From NCBI GenBank assembly GCA_021736385.1, contig JAIPFY010000008.1, positions 188 through 64,187 of the forward strand: a stretch of 64,000 nucleotides of DNA, written 5' to 3'. Within the stretch, counting starts at the first letter, position 1; each line of letters opens with the position of its first letter. The position numbers and the translations under genes were made by a program. The notes below the pieces were generated by a model that saw only the letters and a program-made list of their open reading frames with translations, ran no database searches and was not told the DNA's origin. The DNA comes from Spirochaetia bacterium. Lineage in GTDB: Bacteria; Spirochaetota; Spirochaetia; CAKZLE01. Positions 30,012 to 39,812 of the stretch are shown here, one piece after another.

Positions 30012-30040
30012 ATGATACCCACAGCTCACCCGCACATCAA
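30012..30040 (-). promoter_or_regulatory. sigma70-type promoter for the MavL-like gene
   Basis: Minus strand TTGATG (30040-30035), 17 bp, TATCAT (30017-30012). Confidence 0.55.
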
Positions 30041-30066
30041 GAGGGATCGTACTAACAGAAGCAGGG

Positions 30067-30945
30067 TCAGTGGCTTCCAAGCCTCCGGTAGAGATCGGCA
30101 TAGATGGCATCCCTGTCGAGATGATAGACCCAGCGGCAGAGCTTCCGTCTGGGGTCCTGGATGTAAGACCCATCCTCTGCGATCCGAGGGGTCGCTGTCG
30201 AGTAACTCTGTAGAGCATCAGGCAGGACCAGAGCCGCTACGGCTGCGACATCCCAGATCTCCTTGGTCCCCATCCCTTCGGGCAGGTATTCAGAGAACCT
30301 CTGGTAGAGAAAGGAGCATAACGGATCACTGGTATCCATATAGGCAGAGAGCTCTTCCCTGCTGGAAGTGAGATGGGAAGAGACCCCCATGCAGGGGACT
30401 ACCGTCAGGGGGATCCCGGAATCATAGACCACCTTCACAGCAGCGATATCACCCTGCAGATTGAACTCCCGGTTATCAGGCCAGTGCAGATCATTACCAC
30501 CGAGCCAGATGACCCTGCAGCGGTTCACCACCTCAGGTTCGATCAGGATCGCAGAGGCGATGTTGGTAAGTGCCCCGATCGCGATGATCTGCAGGGGGTC
30601 TTCTGCTGAAGCAGAGACAGACCTGCGGATCAGATCCTCCACAGCATCACTGCGCTCAGCATCCCCCGTATCGGTGAGGAACTCACTCGATCCGGCATAG
30701 CTGGGAATATCATCCCGGCCAAGACGATCGAGCAGTCTGCCGATCTCCTCATGACTCTTGCGCATCCCCTCGCCTGCAGAGGCTGCCCGGTCATTCCTGA
30801 ACGGTGCGGCATAGATCGCTTCGGTCTTCACCACATCCTCGGCCCTGAGCAGATACGCAAGGGCGAACTGATCATCTATCTCATTGAAGGTATCGGTATC
30901 AAGTACGGCCCTCGGCCGTACATCACTCTTCTGATGCTCTCTCAT
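30067..30945 (-). CDS. nucleoside hydrolase (IUNH family)
   Basis: LDTDTFNEIDD Asp cluster, IGALTNIA, WLGG, EFNL..D, WDV. Confidence 0.88.
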   Translation of the reverse strand: MREHQKSDVRPRAVLDTDTFNEIDDQFALAYLLRAEDVVKTEAIYAAPFRNDRAASAGEGMRKSHEEIGRLLDRLGRDDIPSYAGSSEFLTDTGDAERSDAVEDLIRRSVSASAEDPLQIIAIGALTNIASAILIEPEVVNRCRVIWLGGNDLHWPDNREFNLQGDIAAVKVVYDSGIPLTVVPCMGVSSHLTSSREELSAYMDTSDPLCSFLYQRFSEYLPEGMGTKEIWDVAAVAALVLPDALQSYSTATPRIAEDGSYIQDPRRKLCRWVYHLDRDAIYADLYRRLGSH

Positions 30946-30987
30946 AACACGCTCCTTGTGTGTACATGTATTCGTGACTTCCGACGA

Positions 30988-31833
30988 TCAGCCCTTGATG
31001 GCAGACCCGGCCACACTGGCAACATAGTATTTCTGCAGCGGCATCAGTATGATCAGAGGAATGAAGCACAGCAGACTCGCTGCTGCCAGCTTCAGCCCCC
31101 AGAGCGTACCGTACTGCTGCGTGAAGGTCGATAATGCTATCTGGATCATACCGTTCTCGATAGAACGCGATACGACCAGAGGCCAAAGAAAGGACTCCCA
31201 CTGCCCGAGAAAGAGGATCAGAGAAGCTCCGATCATAGTCGGGATCGTGAGAGGGAAGTAGATCTTCAGCAGAACCTGCAGACTGGTAGCACCATCGATG
31301 GTGGCAGCCTCGAGCAGAGCTTTGGGTATCTGGTTGAAGAACTGGATGAACATGAAGATCACCATACCATTGCCGAGCATCGGCAGGATCAGGGCGATCC
31401 TCGTATCGATGAGACCGAGTGAATCGACCAGATTATAGGTCGGGATCACCAGCAGGTCCGCATGCATGAGAAACGATGCAAGCACGATGGCGAACAGGAT
31501 GTTCTTACCATAGAACTGCAGGGCAGAGAAGGCGAACCCCGCCAGGGCATTGATGATCACCCCTGCCACTACAGTGATCATACAGACGAACAGCGTATTG
31601 ACCAGGGCATGGGAGAAGACATCATTGGTGAACACACCGATGAAGTTCGCCATGGTGAAGGGGACAGGACTCAGAGCCTTGAAGGAGAGAGGCGCGAGCC
31701 CCTGAAAGATCAGGTTCTCAGGTCTGAAGGATGCCATCAGCGACCACACGATCGGCATGACGAAGATGAACCCGAAGGTCAGTGACAGAAGGTGATAGAT
31801 ACTCAGCTGCAGATAGTTCTTTCTGGATCTCAT
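30988..31833 (-). CDS. carbohydrate ABC permease (MalG-type)
   Basis: EAA motif IPKALLEAATIDGA; WESFLWP. Confidence 0.93.
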   Translation of the reverse strand: MRSRKNYLQLSIYHLLSLTFGFIFVMPIVWSLMASFRPENLIFQGLAPLSFKALSPVPFTMANFIGVFTNDVFSHALVNTLFVCMITVVAGVIINALAGFAFSALQFYGKNILFAIVLASFLMHADLLVIPTYNLVDSLGLIDTRIALILPMLGNGMVIFMFIQFFNQIPKALLEAATIDGATSLQVLLKIYFPLTIPTMIGASLILFLGQWESFLWPLVVSRSIENGMIQIALSTFTQQYGTLWGLKLAAASLLCFIPLIILMPLQKYYVASVAGSAIKG

Positions 31834-31834
31834 A

Positions 31835-32707
31835 TCACTCCCTCTCCCCGAACGTCTTGAACTGGATGGCGATGATGCCGATGAGCATGAACATCAGAAA
31901 GACGATCATCGCCATCCCGTGCCCCACATCTCCCTGGAGCATGGCTGTCTTGTACGCCTCATGCATCAGCACGTTGGTGGAAGAATCAGGACCGCCCTTG
32001 GTGATCATGAAGACCGGGATGAAGAGCATGAAGTTGGCAGCTGTATCGGTCACGAAGATGAACAGCAGCGTCCTGAACAACAGGGGCAAGGTGATGTGAA
32101 AGAAGGCGGGGATCGTCCCTACCCCTTCCACCTGACAGGCCTCATAGATCTCTTTCGGAATGTTCTTCAATCCTGCCAGGACGAAGAGCATCCAGAAGGA
32201 ACACCCTTTCCAGGAGGCTATGATGATGATGATCCACAGCGCCTGGGTGGGAGAGTTGAAGAACGGCTGCATCGGCAGACCGAAGGCATTCAGGAGATAG
32301 TTCATGATCCCGTTACCCGGCCTGAAGATGATGCTCCAGTAGATGGTGGTGACCGCGAGAGAGACCCCAAGAGGGATGAAGAAGAGGAATCGGTAGAACA
32401 TCTTCCCCTTGTAGTCAAGATTGATCAGCAGGGCCATAACGACCGCGATCGCCACCTGGATCGGATTGATCAGAAGATTCAGTTTGGTGGTGACCCAGAC
32501 TGAATTCCAGAACGATCGATCAAGAAAAAGATCGATATAGTTGTTGATACCCACAAAGACCTTCGTACCGCTGAGATAACTCACCTTGAAGAAGCTTTCC
32601 CCGATGACGATGATGATCGGATAGAGCTTGAAGATCAGGATCAGGCCGACAGCCGGCAGCAGGAACATATACGCTTTTACCGTCTCTTTCTTGTGTCGAT
32701 CTACCAT
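31835..32707 (-). CDS. carbohydrate ABC permease (MalF-type)
   Basis: LAGLKNIP.EIYEA..VEG; TKGGP. Confidence 0.93.
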   Translation of the reverse strand: MVDRHKKETVKAYMFLLPAVGLILIFKLYPIIIVIGESFFKVSYLSGTKVFVGINNYIDLFLDRSFWNSVWVTTKLNLLINPIQVAIAVVMALLINLDYKGKMFYRFLFFIPLGVSLAVTTIYWSIIFRPGNGIMNYLLNAFGLPMQPFFNSPTQALWIIIIIASWKGCSFWMLFVLAGLKNIPKEIYEACQVEGVGTIPAFFHITLPLLFRTLLFIFVTDTAANFMLFIPVFMITKGGPDSSTNVLMHEAYKTAMLQGDVGHGMAMIVFLMFMLIGIIAIQFKTFGERE

Positions 32708-32711
32708 ATGA

Positions 32712-34094
32712 TTATCGCACCCTTGAAATATTCTTTTCGATCTCTGCTACCGCTTCACTCAACGCCCTCTGAGGGTCAACGCCCTGAGCTGCATCTGTGA
32801 AAGCCTTATCGAACCCTGTATTCACGAAGGGATAGAACGGGGTGACCGGTCGACCTTCTGCTGTATTGAGCACCTGGTAGACACCAAGTCGCTGTGCACT
32901 GAGCGGGAACCTGTCGTATTTCGGATTCGTAGAGAGCTGGTCGAGCATGTACTTGGTAGCCGGCAACTCACCATTGGCGTCATACCAGAGCTGAGAGCCC
33001 TCCTCGGTAAGGGTCCACCACTGGAGGAAATCAGCAGCAAGCTGTTTGTTCTTCTCAGGAGCACTCTTGGCGATCCCGGTGACCCAGGAGCCGGTAGGTG
33101 TGGTCGGGTTGCCATCTGCAAAATAGGGATGGGCAGCTACTACCACATCGAGACCTGATTCAGTGAGCCTCTTGAGATTCCAGCCGCCGCCGACCATCAT
33201 CGCATAGGAGCCATTGACGAACTCAGCAGGGGCATCATAGCCGGGGAGGAAGCCGCTGGGTACTTCCACCTTGTAGGTGTTGAACAGATCACCATAGAAG
33301 GTGACAGCCTTCAGCCATACCGGCTGATCGAAGTAGCCTTTCACCGTCGTCCCGTCAGGAGAGACGATCTTTCCGCCCCGAGACCCGCCAAGGGGCTGGA
33401 GCTGATAGAGACGTCCGGCCTGTTCGATATGAAGACCGTGTACATCGATGATACCATCCCCATCGATATCTCTGGTCATCTTGACCGCTGCATCGACGAC
33501 CTCTTCCCAGGTCCATGCGGCAGCTCCCCATTTCTCTGCGAAATCGCCGGTGATCATGGTATCCTTGTCGACCACCACCGGCGGCAAGGTGATCCCTGCC
33601 TCTTCTGCCATCGCGGCGTTGATGTAAAGATACTGATCGGAGTTCTGCATGGGAGAGGCCATGATACGACCATTGTAGGTCACATCCGCAAGTGATTTCT
33701 CTGCGATCATCTGCGTGAAGGTCTCTTTGGGAATATACTTCGTCAGATCGTCGATAAAGCCCCTGTCGGCGTAGTTGGCCATCAGTGGGATGTCCATGAC
33801 AACCAAGTCAATATTGGGTGTATCAGCACTGAAGCGTACCTCCAGATTCTGGAAGTAGGTATCCCAGGGGTACTCCTCCACGGTGATCTCGATACCCGGA
33901 TGTGCTGCCATATAGGCATCAGCCATGATCTTCACCCTGTTCTCGTCATTCTGGAACTGATAGGCGAATACATTGATCTTCTGTGCCGTTTCCTGTGAAT
34001 CTGATTCTGCCTGTCCGCCTGCTGTCAGCGGGAATACCAGACATAAGAGCATGACGATCGCCATACATGTGCGACCGGTCGTAGTGTGTTTCAT
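32712..34094 (-). CDS. carbohydrate ABC substrate-binding protein (SBP_bac_1/8)
   Basis: Signal peptide AGGQAE, WTWEE, DIDGDG loop; first gene of the permease string. Confidence 0.9.
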   Translation of the reverse strand: MKHTTTGRTCMAIVMLLCLVFPLTAGGQAESDSQETAQKINVFAYQFQNDENRVKIMADAYMAAHPGIEITVEEYPWDTYFQNLEVRFSADTPNIDLVVMDIPLMANYADRGFIDDLTKYIPKETFTQMIAEKSLADVTYNGRIMASPMQNSDQYLYINAAMAEEAGITLPPVVVDKDTMITGDFAEKWGAAAWTWEEVVDAAVKMTRDIDGDGIIDVHGLHIEQAGRLYQLQPLGGSRGGKIVSPDGTTVKGYFDQPVWLKAVTFYGDLFNTYKVEVPSGFLPGYDAPAEFVNGSYAMMVGGGWNLKRLTESGLDVVVAAHPYFADGNPTTPTGSWVTGIAKSAPEKNKQLAADFLQWWTLTEEGSQLWYDANGELPATKYMLDQLSTNPKYDRFPLSAQRLGVYQVLNTAEGRPVTPFYPFVNTGFDKAFTDAAQGVDPQRALSEAVAEIEKNISRVR

Positions 34095-34218
34095 ACATTA
34101 CCTCCTTATAAAACCACATGAGATGATACTAGTATGGAACGTGGCGGCACGATAGGGACCAACGTACTATGATTGGTACCAGAAAGGTACCATATGCTTC
34201 GGTGACCAGCAAAATACC

Positions 34219-34920
34219 TTATCGATACTCTGCGATATGGTCTTCCATGTACTTCAGTACCAGCTGCGACCGCTTATGTACTGCCATCTTACCGTAGATG
34301 TTCGTCAGATAGTTCTTCACCGTCTGTTCGGCAAGATTCAGCAGTGATGCGATCTCCTTGTTACTCAAGCCCTGTACCACCTGCTCAAGGATCTCCTTCT
34401 CGAGACGGGTCAGCGCGATGAACCAGGCAGGCAGGGCTGCCGTCCTCACCGTACCTGATGTGATCAGCGGGCTGTCTGCCGGCAGCCGCAGCTTCTCGGT
34501 GAGTCTGGTGATGATCGACGGGGAGATCTGGTTGATCCCGGCATACAAGGCCCTGATCGCTGTGATGACCTCTTCAGGGAGGATCGTCTTGAGCAGATAC
34601 CCCTTGGCCCCGTACTGCAGGGCCTCGACCACATAGGCATCCTCATCGAAGGTGGTCAGCATCATGATCCTGATCTGCGGATCGATCGTAGTGATCCGTC
34701 TTGTCGCTTCCACCCCGTTCATGATCGGCATCTTGATGTCCATGATGATGATGTCGATCTCCTGACGCTCTACTGCCGCCACAGCATCCCTGCCGTCACT
34801 CTCGATGCCTATGATCTCGATATCATCAGCTCGGTGCTGTATGACCTGAGCCAGGCTGTGGACGAACAGCGGCTGGTCATCGACCAGCAATACTTTGATC
34901 TTGGTCTTCTCTGTGTTCAT
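34219..34920 (-). CDS. NarL/LuxR-type response regulator
   Basis: LVDDQ, MDIKMP, LTTFD, GYLLK; GLSNKEIA...TVKNY HTH; start reset to MNTEK. Confidence 0.93.
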   Translation of the reverse strand: MNTEKTKIKVLLVDDQPLFVHSLAQVIQHRADDIEIIGIESDGRDAVAAVERQEIDIIIMDIKMPIMNGVEATRRITTIDPQIRIMMLTTFDEDAYVVEALQYGAKGYLLKTILPEEVITAIRALYAGINQISPSIITRLTEKLRLPADSPLITSGTVRTAALPAWFIALTRLEKEILEQVVQGLSNKEIASLLNLAEQTVKNYLTNIYGKMAVHKRSQLVLKYMEDHIAEYR

Positions 34921-36184
34921 ACGTGTTCCTTTTCTGTGTACGAGCCATCGGCAGCCTGGCGATGAGGGTGAACCCCGCATGTGAAGAGCTGTAGCTGATC
35001 ACCCCGCCCTGCTGCTCGATCCGTTCTGTCATTCCTTTGAGGCCGATCCCCTCTACCACCGAAGCACTGCCGATCCCGTTATCTTCGAACGTGATCACCA
35101 GATGTTCTCGCTCCTGAAAGAAGATGATGACCACATGTGTCGCCTTACCATGTCTGAATGAGTTCGTCAGCCCCTCCTGCAGGAATCGCAGGATGAAATT
35201 GTCATAGGTGCTGCTCCCTGAGATACTGAAGTTCGTGAACTCGAGATGGATATCCATACCAGTCACATGCATGAAGTTATGTACGATCTTGTAGATACGA
35301 CTGGTCAGGGGCATCGTCACCTCCTGAATATCACGGAGCTGTTTCAGGACCTGCCGTATCTCATGGTGTCCGCCCCGGGCCTGCATCCTGGCGCTGCCGA
35401 GCAGTTCGAGCAGCTCCTGATCCTTCTTTCCCAGCAGCAGGTCCTCCCCGTGCTCGAGCATCATGATGATGCTCGTCAGCGTATACCCCGTGATATCGTG
35501 GATCTCACGGGTGATACTCAGCCGCTCTTCGATCCTCGACTCGTTCTCGATGGTGAACGCATACTTCTGAAAGCCCAGGTTCGTATCGATCAGATTGTTG
35601 ATGGAGATCTCTTTGAGCTGCAGATCCTTCTTCTGGCGGGCCAGCACTGTGAGGATATACTGCTGCAGATGACAGATCACCATGACAGCGCATTCACTGA
35701 TGAGCAGGAATCCGGTCTCCGCTGCTGAGAGTCCATGGAAGGTGAACCCGAACACCACCGCATTGGACTGGATAGGTATCAGGATCCCGAAGACAGCCAG
35801 TGATACCGGTATACTCGCCTTGAAGGGAAGTTTCACCGCGTACTGATAGAACAGGGCGGTAACGATCCAGAAGCGCAGACCGATCGCATTCACATGCAGC
35901 CCTGTGATGAGCATGACCAGCAGAGAGTTGATGATGAAGATGATAAAGACCGAGATGGGGTGGACGATGAGCAGGAAGGCCATACTGAAGATACCACTCA
36001 CCAGCGTGAGGATCACCAGCTGAAAACGGATGTTCTCCACCGAGTAGACGGTGTTCTCAAGATCGGTAGCAAGGTAGAGCCCGAGAAAGAGGTACAGGAG
36101 TACCACTACCAGATAGTTGACCCACGAGATGTTCCTGTCTATCAGATGAGACCCTATACTGTTCACCAGCGATTTCCGCTTCAT
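34877..36184 (-). CDS. membrane sensor histidine kinase (HisKA_3, NarX/DesK-like)
   Basis: Multiple TMs, ERLSITREIHD, QEGLTNSFRHG, DNGIG, GIGLKGM; start reset to MKRKS. Confidence 0.9.
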   Translation of the reverse strand: MKRKSLVNSIGSHLIDRNISWVNYLVVVLLYLFLGLYLATDLENTVYSVENIRFQLVILTLVSGIFSMAFLLIVHPISVFIIFIINSLLVMLITGLHVNAIGLRFWIVTALFYQYAVKLPFKASIPVSLAVFGILIPIQSNAVVFGFTFHGLSAAETGFLLISECAVMVICHLQQYILTVLARQKKDLQLKEISINNLIDTNLGFQKYAFTIENESRIEERLSITREIHDITGYTLTSIIMMLEHGEDLLLGKKDQELLELLGSARMQARGGHHEIRQVLKQLRDIQEVTMPLTSRIYKIVHNFMHVTGMDIHLEFTNFSISGSSTYDNFILRFLQEGLTNSFRHGKATHVVIIFFQEREHLVITFEDNGIGSASVVEGIGLKGMTERIEQQGGVISYSSSHAGFTLIARLPMARTQKRNTYEHREDQDQSIAGR

Positions 36185-36425
36185 GTATGAACAATACCAC
36201 AGTATCGTAAAAAGTACAGAGCAGATCCTGCAGCTTGATTGATGAATCAGCAGGGAGCAGGACCATCTCAGATCAGGGACCGCTGTCCCCTCTGGCCGGA
36301 GACAGTCAGCGATCGGACCCGCGGTAACCAATGATACAGACAGGTGCTGCACTCCTCTGGTATACTGTAGAGACACACCTTCAGGTGAAGCTGCTGTCGA
36401 ACATCGTTCACGCTAAGGAGTCATC

Positions 36426-37154
36426 ATGGGATTCTACGAAGCTATCGCTCATCGCTATGATCTCATATTCCCCTTCTCTCAGGCTCAGAAGGACTTCGTC
36501 CTGAACAGCCTGAACGACCCTGCCGCTGCAGCACTGCTGGAGATCGGCTGTGCCACAGGATCCCTCACTCTGGGATTGGCAGAGAGCTGTCAGCAGGTGA
36601 CCGGTATCGATATCGATGCGCAGATGATCGTCCGTGCCCGGAAGAAAGCAGCCCTGAGAGGCAGCACTGCAGAGATCCTCAGACTCGACATGCTCGAGAT
36701 CGCACACAGGTTCTCAGCCGGGAGCTTCGATGCCGTCTGCTCTTTCGGTAATACGATCGTGCATCTTGAGAGTACCCGGCAGATGCTCGAGCTGCTGGGT
36801 GCTGTCCGTACGGTCCTCCGTGACCATGCCCCGCTGCATCTGCAGCTCATCAACTACGACAGGGTCCTCGATGAGCAGGTGACCTCACTACCGACGATCG
36901 AACGGGACATGATCAGATTCGAACGGCAGTACCGCTATCTCGAGCATGAGCATCGTATCGAATTCTCTACGATCCTCTCTGATTCGGAGACCGGCAGCTC
37001 ATCTTCACAGAAGGTCCTGCTCTATCCCCTGCGAAAGCAAGAACTGGAGCGACTGCTGCGAGAGGCAGGGTTCTCAGATCTCTCCTGGTATGGAGGCTTC
37101 GACGGCTCGGAGGCCCTGCCTACCAGCATCCCCCTGATCGTGACGGCACGGTAG
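36426..37154 (+). CDS. class I SAM-dependent methyltransferase
   Basis: LEIGCATG motif I, GIDID, FDAVCSFGNT. Confidence 0.9.
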   Translation: MGFYEAIAHRYDLIFPFSQAQKDFVLNSLNDPAAAALLEIGCATGSLTLGLAESCQQVTGIDIDAQMIVRARKKAALRGSTAEILRLDMLEIAHRFSAGSFDAVCSFGNTIVHLESTRQMLELLGAVRTVLRDHAPLHLQLINYDRVLDEQVTSLPTIERDMIRFERQYRYLEHEHRIEFSTILSDSETGSSSSQKVLLYPLRKQELERLLREAGFSDLSWYGGFDGSEALPTSIPLIVTAR

Positions 37155-37237
37155 CCGTCCCTCACCGGGGGGACAGCCTGTCAGAGACCATCCGGTCCCC
37201 TTCCCCCCTCCTGTACACACACCACTTCATTATGACG

Positions 37238-38017
37238 CTAGTTCGCAGGATCGGTATCACAGAAGTGGCAGGCAACGTCGTGGGCCTCAAGAAGACTCAC
37301 CCACTGGGCTGAGAGCGTCCTGTCGGTCACGACCACATCGATACCGCTGAAGTCGGTGATCGAGGCGAATGAGGTCTTGTCGAACTTGGTGTGATCAGAG
37401 GCCAGCACCTTGAGGGTCGACTGCCCGAGCATGGCCTTTCTCACATCAGCCTCCATCTCATGAGCATCGGTGATCCCCGTCTTCATATCGACCCCGTCAC
37501 AGCAGATGAAGGTCTTGTCGGCATAATAGCCCCGTATGGCACTGACTGAGGAGTTCCCGACAAAGGTCCTCGTGAGCTCTCTCATAGTCCCGCCGATCCC
37601 GATGACCTTGATCCCCGGGTTGTCGGCAAGCCTGCAGGCGATCTCCGCAGCATTGGTGATCACCACCAGATTCTTGATGCTGATCAGTTCATGGGCGATC
37701 TCCATCGCTGTCGAGCTCCCATCGAGGAAGATGGTATCACCGACCTCTATCATCGTGGCACAGCAGCGGGCGATCTGCTTCTTCTGGGCGACATTGAAGA
37801 CCTTTCTCATGGAGAGGGGGATGACCCGGTGCATGGTCTGCCTGATCGTGGCACCACCGTAGATCTTCTCGATCAGGCCCTCTGCGGCCATCTTGTTGAG
37901 GTCTCTGCGTATGGTCTCTTCTCCTACGCTGCACAGCTGACTGAGCTCTGAGACGGTCATACTGCTGCGTTCCTGGATCAGGTCGAAGATGAACTGTTTT
38001 CGTTCTACACCTAGCAT
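37238..38017 (-). CDS. DeoR/GlpR family transcriptional regulator
   Basis: VGEETIRRDL, YGGA, FLDGSST, DHTKF. Confidence 0.93.
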   Translation of the reverse strand: MLGVERKQFIFDLIQERSSMTVSELSQLCSVGEETIRRDLNKMAAEGLIEKIYGGATIRQTMHRVIPLSMRKVFNVAQKKQIARCCATMIEVGDTIFLDGSSTAMEIAHELISIKNLVVITNAAEIACRLADNPGIKVIGIGGTMRELTRTFVGNSSVSAIRGYYADKTFICCDGVDMKTGITDAHEMEADVRKAMLGQSTLKVLASDHTKFDKTSFASITDFSGIDVVVTDRTLSAQWVSLLEAHDVACHFCDTDPAN

Positions 38018-38053
38018 CGCTCTGCTCCCTCCCGGGACTGGTATGTGCCTCTT

Positions 38054-39109
38054 CTAGGAGAAGATCCTCTTCAGATTCTCTCCATAGGGGGCCTGTATGA
38101 TACCCTTCTCAGTGATCAGACCGGTAACGAGCCGGTTCGGTGTCACATCGAAAGCCGGGTTCCTGACTTTGATCCCTTCAGGTCCTGTCCTGCGTGCCCC
38201 GAAGAAGGTGATCTCATCTGCTCCCCGTTCTTCGATCTCGATCAGATCGCCTGAGGCGGTCGCCAGATCTATCGTCGATGAGGGGCAGGCCACATAGAAG
38301 GGAATACCGAAGTAGTCGGCAAGGATAGCCACTCCCATCGTCCCGATCTTATTGGCGACATCTCCGTTCGCCGCGACCCGGTCGGTCCCGACGATGACCA
38401 TGTCGATCAGTCCCTCTGCCATCATACTGGCGGCCATGTTGTCGCTGATCAGGGTCACATCGATCCCAGCCTGCTGCAGCTCCCAGCTGGTCAGTCGCGC
38501 ACCCTGAAGCAGCGGTCTGGTCTCATCTGCATAGACCCTGAAGGCGATGCCCTGCTCATGTGCCAGGTACATCGGCGCAGTGGCCGTTCCCAGTTCAGAG
38601 GTGGCCAGAGCTCCTGCGTTGCAGTGGGTAAGGATCCCCATCCCCTCTCTGATCAGCGGCAGTCCATGCTCACCCATGCCCCGGCACAGCAGCTTATCTT
38701 CTTCATGGATCAGGACCGCTTCAGCTTTGAGTGCCTGGTAGATCACCTGAGTACCGTTTACTGCGGTCTGCTCCGCTCTGGCGACCATTCTCTTCAGTGC
38801 CCAGGAGAGATTGACGGCAGTAGGGCGTGAACTGTCAAGGTAGGCAGCCTGGCTGCGTACCTTCGCAAGGAACTCCTGCTCAGAGGCATCAAGATGGTCC
38901 CTGACTCCCAGGACCAGTCCATAGGCTCCTGCGATCCCGATCGCAGGGGCTCCCCTGACTTTCAGCTTCTTGATCGAATCCCACACCTGCTCACTGTCGA
39001 GCTGCTCTTCCTGGATGACATCGACCGGCAGTCTGGTCTGATCGAGGAAGAAGAGTCTCTCCCCGTCCCAGGTGACCGATCGTGTCTGTGCTGCATCATA
39101 GTTCTTCAT
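38054..39109 (-). CDS. mtnA: S-methyl-5-thioribose-1-phosphate isomerase (MtnA/eIF2B family)
   Basis: LDQTRLP, VRGAPAIG, RPTAVNL, THCNAG, DETRP, GTDR, NKIGT, NPAFDVTP. Confidence 0.95.
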   Translation of the reverse strand: MKNYDAAQTRSVTWDGERLFFLDQTRLPVDVIQEEQLDSEQVWDSIKKLKVRGAPAIGIAGAYGLVLGVRDHLDASEQEFLAKVRSQAAYLDSSRPTAVNLSWALKRMVARAEQTAVNGTQVIYQALKAEAVLIHEEDKLLCRGMGEHGLPLIREGMGILTHCNAGALATSELGTATAPMYLAHEQGIAFRVYADETRPLLQGARLTSWELQQAGIDVTLISDNMAASMMAEGLIDMVIVGTDRVAANGDVANKIGTMGVAILADYFGIPFYVACPSSTIDLATASGDLIEIEERGADEITFFGARRTGPEGIKVRNPAFDVTPNRLVTGLITEKGIIQAPYGENLKRIFS

Positions 39110-39329
39110 CGTGTCATACCTTCTTTCATATAGTGTGCAGGATCCTCATACATCCGATCCTGTCATGACTTCTGTACTCATCTGATCTATCGCTGATGCA
39201 CACCTTCACAGCTGTGTATCAGGGGTTCTCTCCTTCACGCACCTCTGTGCATGCAGGGTCCCTGCCAGTCGCGCAGCACAAGGATGATGGCGTTTCATAG
39301 CTCCTCCAATGCTGCAGCATCTGAATCGT

Positions 39330-39357
39330 AGTGTAGCATGACTTCATCATAAATCAA
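39330..39357 (-). promoter_or_regulatory. sigma70-type promoter upstream of mtnA
   Basis: Minus strand TTGATT, 16 bp, TACACT with extended TG. Confidence 0.5.
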
Positions 39358-39763
39358 GTAGATTAATTCATAATTACTATACAATATTTATATGATTCAA
39401 CATCTTTCAACATAGAATTGATATGATCTGGCAGAGTTCAGCTGAGGATGATGCAATTTCAAGGCATTAATTCTTGAAAAGCAGAGATACTTCGAACATA
39501 CATACTATGAGGATTTGTATGTCGAACTTCCATCGAAAAGGGAATCACACTCTTACTGACCTGCATCAGAAGCACTGGGAAAAGAGCCAAATATTTTCAG
39601 ATAAACACCATCAGGACTACCTGCATCACAGATGCCTATAGCCAACTCTTTCGTTCGATCACAATCAGATCTGTTGATGATCTTGCCGTTGAGCAGGCTC
39701 ATACGATCCTATACCAAAGATTCATCTAACCAAAGACATCAAGGATAGGTGTATAACGTCGAA

Positions 39764-39793
39764 CAGGGCATCTGTCTCTCAACAGATGCCCTG
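39764..39793. terminator. stem-loop downstream of the GH116 gene
   Basis: Perfect 12-bp stem CAGGGCATCTGT/ACAGATGCCCTG. Confidence 0.65.
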
Positions 39794-39812
39794 CGGCTGG
39801 CATGTTCAATTC

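Noticed and set aside
30988-34094. Missing ATPase in the MalFG-type ABC operons
   Set aside because: Ordinary; such systems commonly share an MsmK/MsiK-type ATPase encoded elsewhere.
39500-39730. Short plus-strand open frames in the mtnA-GH116 intergenic region
   Set aside because: A 40-44-aa ORF and an overlapping start-less frame; no recognisable homology, so I cannot support a gene or pseudogene call.
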